Assembly: GCA_019309045.1 (NCBI GenBank)
Contig: JAFDGZ010000004.1
Coordinates: forward strand, 5,178-69,177
Reading direction: 5' to 3'
Origin: Deltaproteobacteria bacterium
GTDB lineage: Bacteria > Desulfobacterota > Syntrophobacteria > BM002
Length of the DNA: 64,000 bases
Shown here: one piece after another, positions 19,679 through 28,259 of the stretch
Numbering within the stretch: position 1 is the stretch's first letter
How the letters are laid out: every line of letters begins with the position of its first letter
Translations under genes and position numbers: made by a program
Notes under the pieces: model-generated
The model's input: only the letters and a program-made list of their open reading frames with translations
What the model was told of the DNA's origin: nothing
Databases searched by the model: none

Positions 19679-21850
19679 ATGGATGTGAGGAGCATTGCGT
19701 TGACGGCCGCAGACCTGATGAGTGCTGAAGAAATTTTCCAGCAACAACTTAGCGACCTTCTCCACTGTGAACAGATCACAGTACTGCCGCCTTTTCCCGA
19801 CTATGACCTTCTCGGACGCAGTCGAGCCCCTAAGTTGCTGTTAAAGGCTGCAAATAAGGCCATTCTCACCCGAAAACCCACATATGATGAGAACCAGCAG
19901 TGGGCAGTCTTTCCCCTCATGCAAGAAGATAAAGTGCTCGGGCTGTTGCTTGCAGAAGATCTCGAGAGGAAGCTAGAAAATCCAGAAGAGCTCTCAGCCC
20001 TGGAAAGACTTGTAGCTCTCTGTCTCCATACATTGCAACTGGAGAAGCAGAGTGTCAGCGACAGTGAAACTGGCTTGTGGCGCCGGCAGACGCTCATGGC
20101 CGAACTTAGCCGCCTCATTGACCAGGCAGAAAGTGGCAGCAGGTTGACACCTAGAAGAATGCTCAGTGAGGAGTACTTTGCACCACACTTTACCCTGATA
20201 TGTTTGCATGCAAGTCCAACACCTGAACCCTGGGCAGGTGCCGGCCCTTTTTGGACAAGAATGGGACCCAGACTGGCGCAAGCATTGCCTGCAGGAGCCA
20301 TGGCAGCCCACCTCGGTGGAGGGTATGTGGCCATTCTCTGGCGCCAGGCCGGGGCGAGTGCTGTGCAAGCATGGACCCATGAGATTATTGAACACCTGCA
20401 GGAGGATGACTGCCAACCTAGGCGAGCTGATAGTGACTGGGCTGTGCATGCTGGCAGTGCTGAATTTCCTCAAGATTTCTATGACCTTGGCCCTATTCTC
20501 CCTTGGGAAAAAAATGACGGGGATAGAACAGCTGCAGCCTCTGAGGAAATAATCCACCGGGCGGTACTGGCGGTAGAAACTGCCTGCAAGACCCCGGGAG
20601 AGGTGGCTGTAACCTATCGCTCCATGCAAGAAAAAGGACTGGCGCCTCGGCCTGAAGAAATCGTTGAACAACGTCTGTCTGGCTTTCTGCAGGACGATGG
20701 GCCCTGCAGTCTGCTCCTGGTCAAACTTGACCAGTGGGAGGAATGGCAGCATCAGAAAGGAACTGCAGAGGCTGCTCGCAGAGCCAGAGAGGTACTCGAG
20801 AACTGTCGAAGTCCTGCTGTGGGGGGAACATTCTTCGAATGGCTCGGCGTGGATCGCTTCGTGGTGTTCTTTGACGGTCTGATTGAAAAAGATGCCTGCA
20901 CCAGAGCTGAGGCATTGCGCCGGATAGCGAAGACTACCCTGAACACCAGCGTGACTGTGGGGATAAGCGGCCATCCTTGTCCAGGATTTCCAAAGAGCGC
21001 CTTGTTGAAAAATGGACAAAAGGCGCTGGTGCACGCGGGTTACCTGGGTCCAGACGCTCAGGTGGTGTTCGATGCAGTGAGTTTGAACATCAGTGGAGAC
21101 AGGCTTTTTGAGACGGGCAGATTCGAACAAGCGCTGGCAGAGTTCCGGCAGGCTCTAATGCTTGACCCGGCAAACATCAATGTGAGAAACAGCCTTGCCG
21201 TGTGTCTGGCTCAAATGGGAAACATGGAAGAGGCTGTCAGGGAATTTGCCATAATCACTGCCTCTGATGAGGCTGACTTCATGCCGCACTACAACCTGGG
21301 GCGCGCTCTCTGGAGCCTGGGCCGTGAAAGAGAAGCCGAGGAGGCCTTGAAACGAGCCGCTGAACTGGCACCGCAAGAGCCTGGTACATGGTTCCAGCTG
21401 GCAACGCTTCAGGAACAGCAGGGCAGACTGGCCGAAGCCCTGCGCAACCTCGAGAAGGCAGTTGAACTGAAACCTCGCTGGCCAAAGGCATATCGACTGC
21501 TGGGGGAATGGTTGCTCCGCAAAGGAGCCCATGACAGAGCACTGCTCGCCTTCAAAAAGGCGCTGAAGCTCCACAGTGATGATGCCAGGGCGCTCAGCGG
21601 CCTGGCACTCATATACAGCGGACGGCAGGCGAATATGGAGGTAGCGCTCTCTCTCGCCAGGCGAAGCGTTGAACTGGAGCCGGACAATATCCTCATGTTG
21701 AAAAGGTTTGCAGGCTTGCTGCTGGAAAACCAGCAATGGGACGAAGCAGCACGGCAGTGCCGCCGGGCAGCCAAACTGGCGCCGGAGGACCGGGAGATCC
21801 AGCGGTTAATGGCACGCATCGAGGAGGGTCAACGGATGTCTACCGAATAG
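19679..21850 (+). CDS. Multidomain regulatory protein: N-terminal GAF-like region, two degenerate GGDEF-like domains, C-terminal TPR repeats (about 7)
   Basis: The first GGDEF-like domain has ETGLWRRQTLMAELSR, FTLICLHAS and AHLGGGYVAILW, i.e. GGGYV in place of GGDEF. The second has CSLLLVKLDQWEEW and FEWLGVDRFVVFF. TPR repeats run from about aa 470 to the C-terminus. Confidence 0.55.
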   Translation: MDVRSIALTAADLMSAEEIFQQQLSDLLHCEQITVLPPFPDYDLLGRSRAPKLLLKAANKAILTRKPTYDENQQWAVFPLMQEDKVLGLLLAEDLERKLENPEELSALERLVALCLHTLQLEKQSVSDSETGLWRRQTLMAELSRLIDQAESGSRLTPRRMLSEEYFAPHFTLICLHASPTPEPWAGAGPFWTRMGPRLAQALPAGAMAAHLGGGYVAILWRQAGASAVQAWTHEIIEHLQEDDCQPRRADSDWAVHAGSAEFPQDFYDLGPILPWEKNDGDRTAAASEEIIHRAVLAVETACKTPGEVAVTYRSMQEKGLAPRPEEIVEQRLSGFLQDDGPCSLLLVKLDQWEEWQHQKGTAEAARRAREVLENCRSPAVGGTFFEWLGVDRFVVFFDGLIEKDACTRAEALRRIAKTTLNTSVTVGISGHPCPGFPKSALLKNGQKALVHAGYLGPDAQVVFDAVSLNISGDRLFETGRFEQALAEFRQALMLDPANINVRNSLAVCLAQMGNMEEAVREFAIITASDEADFMPHYNLGRALWSLGREREAEEALKRAAELAPQEPGTWFQLATLQEQQGRLAEALRNLEKAVELKPRWPKAYRLLGEWLLRKGAHDRALLAFKKALKLHSDDARALSGLALIYSGRQANMEVALSLARRSVELEPDNILMLKRFAGLLLENQQWDEAARQCRRAAKLAPEDREIQRLMARIEEGQRMSTE

Positions 21851-23076
21851 TCTTTGGCAGCGAGGACTTCCAGGATGGCGCTTGTATGGTCTGCGCCGCG
21901 AGTCTCCAGCTCCAGTTCCACGCGGCTGACACCCAGGGGCAGGTGACGCCCCATCCGATCGTGGAAGATATGGATGATATTGCCGCCCTGCTGCGCAATA
22001 ATGTCCAGGAGATCCGCAAGAGATCCAGGTACGTCGGCGAGTTCTACTGAGAATCTGAGAATTCGGCCGCTTCTGAACAATCCCTGTCTGAGGATCTTGC
22101 CGAGCAAATGGCTATCGACATTGCCGCCGCTGACAACCAGGACCACCGATTTATTCTGAAGTTGGCGCAGTCTCTTGCCGAGCAGCGCCGCCAGGGGTAC
22201 TGCCCCGGAGCCTTCGGCAAGAACTTTTTTTCTTTCCAACAACTCCAGAATGGCAGCTGCTATTTGCTCTTCCTCTACTTCCACGAGTTCGTCTACCAAC
22301 TGTTCAATAATGGGAAAGGTCAGCTGGCCGATTTGTCTGACATTGATGCCATCGGCAATGGTTCGGGCTGCCGGCACTGCTACTGGTTGGCCGTGGCGCC
22401 GGGCTGCCAGCGCTGCAGGGCAGGCTGCTGTTTGCACCCCGATAATGGAGACCCGGGGACGCCTGGACTTCACTGCGGTGGCTATACCGGCGATCAGACC
22501 GCCGCCACCCACAGGGACCAGTATGGCATCCACTTCGGGGAGTTGCTCGAGGATTTCCAGACCAATGCTGCCCTGACCAGCAATGACCTCCTCGTCATCG
22601 TAGGGATGAATGAATCGGCGGCCCTCTTTTTCCAAGCGGCGAGCTATAGCCAGGCTCTCTGCAATTGTCTTGCCCGAGAGGATGACCTCACCGCCGTAGG
22701 ATCTGGTGGCGATCTGTTTGCTTATTGAGGCCCACTGGGGCATGACAATGGTTGCCGGGATACGCATGAGTTGTGCTGCAAGGGCCACACCCTGGGCATG
22801 ATTACCAGCGGAGGCAGCTACCACTCCCAGGGGCCCCAGCTCATCCTTGATGTTGACGAGCTTGTGATAGGCGCCGCGGAATTTAAAGGAGCCTGTCTTC
22901 TGGAGATTCTCCAGTTTGAGGTAGATCCGGGCACCAGATTGTCGACTCAATGAATTGGAGTAGACCAGAGGCGTCTTGCTTGCCACCTGGCTGAGTACGG
23001 CAGACGCTTGTTCAACCGCTTGCAGAGATACCATGGATGGCTGCTCCCGTGGAGAAGTGATAGCCTGCTTGCTCAT
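21829..23076 (-). CDS. ilvA: Threonine ammonia-lyase (threonine dehydratase), PLP-dependent, with a C-terminal ACT-like regulatory domain
   Basis: The PLP lysine motif is LENLQKTGSFKFRGA. The glycine-rich loop is VPVGGGGLIAG. Confidence 0.85.
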   Translation of the reverse strand: MSKQAITSPREQPSMVSLQAVEQASAVLSQVASKTPLVYSNSLSRQSGARIYLKLENLQKTGSFKFRGAYHKLVNIKDELGPLGVVAASAGNHAQGVALAAQLMRIPATIVMPQWASISKQIATRSYGGEVILSGKTIAESLAIARRLEKEGRRFIHPYDDEEVIAGQGSIGLEILEQLPEVDAILVPVGGGGLIAGIATAVKSRRPRVSIIGVQTAACPAALAARRHGQPVAVPAARTIADGINVRQIGQLTFPIIEQLVDELVEVEEEQIAAAILELLERKKVLAEGSGAVPLAALLGKRLRQLQNKSVVLVVSGGNVDSHLLGKILRQGLFRSGRILRFSVELADVPGSLADLLDIIAQQGGNIIHIFHDRMGRHLPLGVSRVELELETRGADHTSAILEVLAAKDYSVDIR

Positions 23077-23245
23077 AGCAGATCAGACAGCAGTCGTCAA
23101 ACTTGATTGTCTACCAGAGGAACAAGGTGGCAGACTCATTGGATCCTCTGCTCGACAAGGCGAGATTTTGGCCCAGTCGTGATCACGCTTTGCCACTCTT
23201 AACATATTGTTGGGGATTGTTCCGAATCAGAGAAAGGAGATGTGC

Positions 23246-24238
23246 ATGCAGCTGCGACATGCCAGAAGAAAGAGTGTACTGGGACTGTGGTTGGTATGTT
23301 TCGTTTTCCTTGGCAGTGGCTGTACTCTTGTAAATGTGAGTCTTTATCAGCCAGCCAGGCCTCTGGAAGAAAAAGTTGTCGAGGGGAAGGGACCAGGCAA
23401 GATTGTGCTGATTGACGTGAGTGGCATTCTCACCAGTAGGGAGAGTAGCAGCCTCGATCTCTTCCGGGAACGGGCCAGCGTGGTTGCCAGGGTCAAAGAA
23501 GAGCTCGATAAGGCGGCCGAGGATGAGGCGGTGAAAGTTGTGGTGCTCCGCATTCACACTCCTGGGGGCACAGTAACGGCCAGTGACCTGCTGCATCACG
23601 AAATCATAGAGTTCAAGAGAAAAACTAAGGCCAAAGTGGCTGCCCATCTCATGGGCGTGGCCACTTCAGGAGGGTACTACGTGGCTACTGCCGCCGACTA
23701 TATTGCGGCCCAGCCCACGAGCATCACAGGAAGCATAGGAGTGATAGCCCTGCAGTTCAATATCCAGGGATTGCTGGAAAAGATTGGCGTCGAAGGACAG
23801 TCAATAAAGTCAGGTGACAAAAAGGACATGTGGTCGCCGTTTCGTCGCCTGACTCCGGAGGAGAGAAAGATCCTCCAAGACATCATCAATGGCTACAAGG
23901 ACGCCTTTTTGGAGGTTGTCCGCAATGGAAGGCCGAGCATGACTTCGCAGGACCTGGCAACAGTGGCAGACGGCCGGCTAGTCTCGGCAAAGCAGGCTTT
24001 AGAACTCCATCTAGTGGACAAGTTGGCCTATTTGGAAGATACTCTCAACTGGGCTCGCAGTGCAGCAGCTGTGCCTGAGGCAAAAATTGTCCTTTATCGA
24101 CGACCAGGCACCTATGTCGATAACATCTATTCCCTGTCAACCATGGCTGAAGAGTCCTGGCTGCGACGGTTGCAACAGGAAGCGCCCTGGCAACAGCAAG
24201 CAGATACTCCTCTGTTTATGTACGTATGGCTGCCCTAG
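23246..24238 (+). CDS. sppA: Signal peptide peptidase SppA (36K type, S49 family)
   Basis: The S49 motifs are VVLRIHTPGGTVTASD and HLMGVATSGGYYVATAAD...GSIGV. An N-terminal TM anchor is present. Confidence 0.8.
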   Translation: MQLRHARRKSVLGLWLVCFVFLGSGCTLVNVSLYQPARPLEEKVVEGKGPGKIVLIDVSGILTSRESSSLDLFRERASVVARVKEELDKAAEDEAVKVVVLRIHTPGGTVTASDLLHHEIIEFKRKTKAKVAAHLMGVATSGGYYVATAADYIAAQPTSITGSIGVIALQFNIQGLLEKIGVEGQSIKSGDKKDMWSPFRRLTPEERKILQDIINGYKDAFLEVVRNGRPSMTSQDLATVADGRLVSAKQALELHLVDKLAYLEDTLNWARSAAAVPEAKIVLYRRPGTYVDNIYSLSTMAEESWLRRLQQEAPWQQQADTPLFMYVWLP

Positions 24239-24562
24239 ACGTGCAAAGACAGACAGGCTGCAGCAATGGCAAATGAACCGTGGTCATGGCGGCCGCCAGC
24301 CCTGAATCTGCAGGGAGTACCTGGCTGGCGCGAGGTACTATCATGTTATTGCCGAGCACTCGGAGGGAAATATTGCCGGGAGAACTACCACTTCTCAAGG
24401 TGGCAGAACACGCCGACCAAGTCCTTCGATTCAGAAGTTCAATGACGAACTTATTCACTCAGTTAGTGCTGAGTGAGCAATTGCCTTGAGGTAAATCAGC
24501 AGCATACGTCACTGTGTTTGCGAATCGAAGCACTGAGCCAACTCCCGAGAAAGGAGTCGAAT

Positions 24563-25543
24563 ATGACCTTGCCTCATTTCGGTATAGAGGATTGTCGTAG
24601 TCTGGCAGAGTCATACGTCAAACCTTATCATGAGAATTATTTTGCCATGTACAGCAGTGTGCTGGGTGGGGTGGTTACTCATCCCTTTCTCATGACGGTT
24701 CCCATGGATGATCATATTGTCCATCGCGGCGACGGTGTTTTTGAAGTGTTCAAGTGCGTGGATGGTAAGTTGTACAATCTCCACCGTCACCTGGAGCGTC
24801 TTGAGCGCTCTGCCCGGGCTCTCTATTTAAGGCTGCCTGTTGGTCACGACGAGATGGTCAACTTGATTGTGGAGACCATTCGCATAGCAGCGGTGAAGGA
24901 TTGTCTGGTCAGGTTGTTCGTCTCTCGAGGCCCGGGTGGGTTTACTACCAATCCGTACGAGTGTCCACGTTCCCAGCTCTACATAGTAGCTTGCAGTCTA
25001 ATATCCCCTGCCGAAGAGGTGTACAGGACGGGAGTGAGTGCAAAGAGCAGTAGCATCCCCTCAAAGAAATCTTACTTTGCCAATATCAAGAGCTGTAACT
25101 ACCTGCCGAACGTCCTCATGAAAAAGGAGGCCGTGGATATGGGCGTGGATTTCACCATCTCTCTGGACGACAATGGCTTTCTCGGCGAGGGGTCCACGGA
25201 GAATATTGGTGTGGTGAGCAGGGATGGCCGGCTGAGATTTCCCAAATTTTCCCGCATCCTTCAAGGAACCACTGTAACGAGGGTTGCTGAACTGGCACAG
25301 CCTCTGGTAGAGCAGGGTGCTCTGAAGGAGGTGTTGTTTGAGGATATCACCCTCAGTGAGGCATACAGCAGTTCCGAGATGCTTCTTTTTGGCACTACCT
25401 TTGATATTCTTGCCATAACCACCTTTGATGGACACACGGTGGGTACTGGTAAACCAGGGCCGGTGTTTCATCTGCTCAAAGATCGGCTGGACCTGGATAT
25501 TCAGCACAACTCAGCTCTCCACACTGTGGTGTATCCAGAATGA
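24563..25543 (+). CDS. Aminotransferase class IV family protein (branched-chain/D-amino-acid aminotransferase or aminodeoxychorismate-lyase-like)
   Basis: Fold-type IV signatures: RHLERLERSARAL, LVRLFVSRGPGG, and an E...TENIG motif. The start at MTLPHFG has an AAAGGAG RBS. Confidence 0.75.
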   Translation: MTLPHFGIEDCRSLAESYVKPYHENYFAMYSSVLGGVVTHPFLMTVPMDDHIVHRGDGVFEVFKCVDGKLYNLHRHLERLERSARALYLRLPVGHDEMVNLIVETIRIAAVKDCLVRLFVSRGPGGFTTNPYECPRSQLYIVACSLISPAEEVYRTGVSAKSSSIPSKKSYFANIKSCNYLPNVLMKKEAVDMGVDFTISLDDNGFLGEGSTENIGVVSRDGRLRFPKFSRILQGTTVTRVAELAQPLVEQGALKEVLFEDITLSEAYSSSEMLLFGTTFDILAITTFDGHTVGTGKPGPVFHLLKDRLDLDIQHNSALHTVVYPE

Positions 25544-25603
25544 CAGCAGCAGAAAGGCTGGCAGATGAATGCTGGCAGCTCCCCGTCTTTGCCGGCAATT
25601 GAT

Positions 25604-25631
25604 TGACAAGGCCACGCCTGTGAGATAGTAA
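25604..25631 (+). promoter_or_regulatory. Candidate sigma-70 promoter (TTGACA -16/17- TAGTAA) upstream of gmhA
   Basis: A -35 TTGACA at 25604-25609 and a -10-like TAGTAA at about 25626-25631, some 90 nt upstream of the gmhA start. Confidence 0.35.
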
Positions 25632-25720
25632 CATGTTGGCTGCCATATCCTGAGTCAAACACTGCCTGGCCGCCGGCTGCCTGAATATGCCGCCATGAGA
25701 AGAGGGCCTACTGAAGCGCC

Positions 25721-26311
25721 ATGGATGAAATGACAGATATTGCCAGAAGAAGTCTCCTCGAGAGCATCCAGGCGAAAAAGCGATGTCTGGAACGAGGGCC
25801 GGCATCCCTGGTCCAGGCTGCTGCCGTAATTGTCGAGGCCTTTTATGAAGAGAATAAACTGATGATTTTCGGCAATGGGGGCTCGGCAGCAGACGCCCAG
25901 CACATCGCCGCTGAACTTGTCAACAGGTTCATGATTGAACGGCCGCCCCTGCCTGCCATGGCTCTTACCACTGACACTTCAATTCTGACGAGTGTTGGCA
26001 ACGACTATGACTTCAAAGACATCTTCGCCAAGCAGGTGAAGGCCCTGGGGGTAGCAGGGGATGTGGCCTGGGGCATCAGCACCAGTGGAACGTCTGCTAA
26101 CATTGTCGAAGCCCTGGTGGCAGCAAGGGAGAGGGGGCTGCGCACCATTGGCATGACCGGGCCTGAGGGCGGCAAGGTAGCAGAAGTTGTCGACGTTCTT
26201 ATCCAAGGAGAGGGCAGCAGTACTGCCAGAATTCAAGAGTGCCACATAACCTTCGGTCACATTATCTGCGAGCTGGTTGACTATCGACTATTTCAGAGAT
26301 TGGAAAGATGA
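25721..26311 (+). CDS. gmhA: Phosphoheptose isomerase (D-sedoheptulose-7-phosphate isomerase), SIS domain
   Basis: Strong collinear similarity to E. coli GmhA (FGNGGSAADAQHIAAEL; SVGNDYDFKDIFAKQV; GISTSGTSANIVEAL). Confidence 0.85.
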   Translation: MDEMTDIARRSLLESIQAKKRCLERGPASLVQAAAVIVEAFYEENKLMIFGNGGSAADAQHIAAELVNRFMIERPPLPAMALTTDTSILTSVGNDYDFKDIFAKQVKALGVAGDVAWGISTSGTSANIVEALVAARERGLRTIGMTGPEGGKVAEVVDVLIQGEGSSTARIQECHITFGHIICELVDYRLFQRLER

Positions 26312-27285
26312 TGAGCAAGCACGGCTCACCCCTGGATCCCATATCACTCGATGGAGTGCGAACCAGCCGACTCGAGAAGCGGCATTCAAAGGTATCTTTA
26401 CAGGCAGCTGGCCGACCCTGGACTGCAGGGGGCACCTTCAGAGAATTCCTGGCGCGACTGCCGCATATTCTTGCCGCTGAGAGTTTTCGCCAGGTTGTAG
26501 AGCGAGTTGTGCAGGCCAAGAGGCGCGGCGCTAGAGTGCTGCTGGGTATGGGGGCTCATCCTATCAAGGTAGGCCTGGGGCCAGTGATTGTAGATCTCAT
26601 GGAGCGCCGCCTGTTGGACGGGGTGGCACTGAATGGGGCGGGCATCATCCACGATGCCGAACTGGCGCTGGCCGGCCATACTTCAGAGGATGTGGCTGCT
26701 GCTCTGGTTGATGGCAGCTTTGGCATGACCGCTGATACTGCTGATTTTCTTAATGCAGCAATAAAGGGGGCCCGGGCAGTTGATGGCCTCGGCGCTGCAG
26801 TGGGCAGGGCCTTGTTGGCATCTGGTGCTCCTCATCTGGCGCAGAGTATTGTGGCTGCAGGTGCGCGACTGAACCTGCCAGTGACCGTTCATGTTGCGCT
26901 CGGTACGGACACCATCCACCTGCATCCCAGTGTGGATCCTGCTGCAACTGGAGCGGCCAGCCATCTTGACTTTCGAATCTTCGCCAGAGCTGTGTCCGGG
27001 CTCCAGGGGGGCGTCTACCTCAATGTTGGTTCTGCGGTGCTGTTACCCGAGGTCTTTCTCAAAGCGGTTACCCTGGTGAGAAATCTTGGCTATCAGCTTG
27101 ATGATCTTACCACAGTGAACATGGATTTCCACAGGCACTATCGTCCACGGGTAAACGTCTTGCAGAGACCCACCAGAGTGGGGGGCAGAGGAATAGAGCT
27201 CATAGGCCACCATGAGATTATGATTCCTCTGCTGGCAGCTGCTATCGTAGAGAGGATGGCCGGCGAGAACATGGCAGGCGGTTGA
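26308..27285 (+). CDS. Conserved enzyme-like protein with resemblance to the deoxyhypusine synthase (DHS/homospermidine-synthase-like) family; function unknown
   Basis: LDGVALNGAGIIHDAELALAG resembles DHS [20 protein letters not shown], and GGVYLNVGSAV resembles DHS MIILGGGVVKHH. The start overlaps the gmhA stop (ATGA). This assignment rests on memory-based motif comparison only. Confidence 0.4.
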   Translation: MMSKHGSPLDPISLDGVRTSRLEKRHSKVSLQAAGRPWTAGGTFREFLARLPHILAAESFRQVVERVVQAKRRGARVLLGMGAHPIKVGLGPVIVDLMERRLLDGVALNGAGIIHDAELALAGHTSEDVAAALVDGSFGMTADTADFLNAAIKGARAVDGLGAAVGRALLASGAPHLAQSIVAAGARLNLPVTVHVALGTDTIHLHPSVDPAATGAASHLDFRIFARAVSGLQGGVYLNVGSAVLLPEVFLKAVTLVRNLGYQLDDLTTVNMDFHRHYRPRVNVLQRPTRVGGRGIELIGHHEIMIPLLAAAIVERMAGENMAGG

Positions 27286-27411
27286 GACCATTTGAGCACT
27301 TGGTGCCAGAGATGAGGCCACCCTGTTTGATGGTAGACGGCGCAGGAAAGGTTGTTTTCTAGACTCTGGCAGGAAAAGTCAGCACAGGGAAGCTTGATGG
27401 GGGGCAGGGTA

Positions 27412-27789
27412 ATGAAAAAAATTGTTATCAGAACTGCTGATGTGGAGGCTGAGGCCGAATTGAACGACTCTCTGACTGCTGAGGCGGTCTGGCAGGCTCT
27501 CCCCATTGAGGCTACAGTCAATACTTGGGGTGAAGAAATATATTTCAAGATTCCTGTGGAGTGTGAACTGGAGGCGGATGCTCGTGAACTCGTGGAAAAG
27601 GGCGATCTCGGTTATTGGCCAACGGGGCAAGCATTCTGCATCTTTTTTGGCTCTACTCCTATAAGCTCTCCAGGAGAGATACGGCCGGCAAGCCCCGTCA
27701 ACGTCATCGGCCGGGTCTTGGACGATCCGGAGAAATTCCTCAACGTCGCAACCGGGAGCGCCATCCGGGTCGAAAGAGGAAATTCATGA
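27412..27789 (+). CDS. Cyclophilin-like superfamily small protein (PF04126-like), 125 aa, function unknown
   Basis: The N-terminus MKKIVIRTADVEAEAELNDSLTAEAVWQALPIEATVNTWGEEIYF matches the conserved pattern of cyclophilin-like proteins of unknown function. Confidence 0.5.
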   Translation: MKKIVIRTADVEAEAELNDSLTAEAVWQALPIEATVNTWGEEIYFKIPVECELEADARELVEKGDLGYWPTGQAFCIFFGSTPISSPGEIRPASPVNVIGRVLDDPEKFLNVATGSAIRVERGNS

Positions 27790-28000
27790 AATTCATGTCC
27801 ACTTGTTGCTCGGTGGCAGTTATGATAGAAGAAAAGACTGCCGATTTGTGGCCCTGTTCTTGGTGTGGGGTTGTGAACAGTTGAGCATCGAGGAAGAGGT
27901 CTTCGCTTTGAGCCGGTTTTTGCTTTGCCTTGCCCGGATCAGGGCAGGTAGCATCGCAGGTAGCATCTCAGCTGATACTTTGCTGTTTTAGGAGAAGGGC

Positions 28001-28234
28001 ATGCCTATTTATGAATATTATTGCAAGGGGTGTGACAGCCAGTTCGAGATTCTCGTCTTCCGATCCTCAGATCCAGTGGTCTGTCCTGGGTGCGGCACAG
28101 ACAAGGTGAATCGTCTCCTTTCTGTCTGCGGCTTCAAGAGTGGCGGGGACAAAGGTGCCGCCAGCAGCAGAATGGGCTCCAGCGCTGGCAGCTGCAGTGG
28201 TTGCACTGCCAGTAATTGCAGCAGTTGTCACTGA
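28001..28234 (+). CDS. FmdB-family zinc-ribbon protein with a Cys/Ser/Gly-rich C-terminal tail
   Basis: The start MPIYEYYCKGCDSQFE and a second CPGCG pair give the CxxC...CxxC zinc ribbon. The tail is SCSGCTASNCSSCH. A GGAGAAGGG RBS precedes the start. Confidence 0.8.
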   Translation: MPIYEYYCKGCDSQFEILVFRSSDPVVCPGCGTDKVNRLLSVCGFKSGGDKGAASSRMGSSAGSCSGCTASNCSSCH

Positions 28235-28259
28235 GAAGAGAGCCTTGGAGTCTAGGCCA

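Noticed and set aside
24216-24458. 80-codon minus-strand ORF between sppA and the aminotransferase gene
   Set aside because: It starts inside the repeated element, overlaps the sppA 3' end, and is Arg-rich with no hydrophobic core or known motif. It is treated as a by-product of the repeat and discussed in the findings instead.
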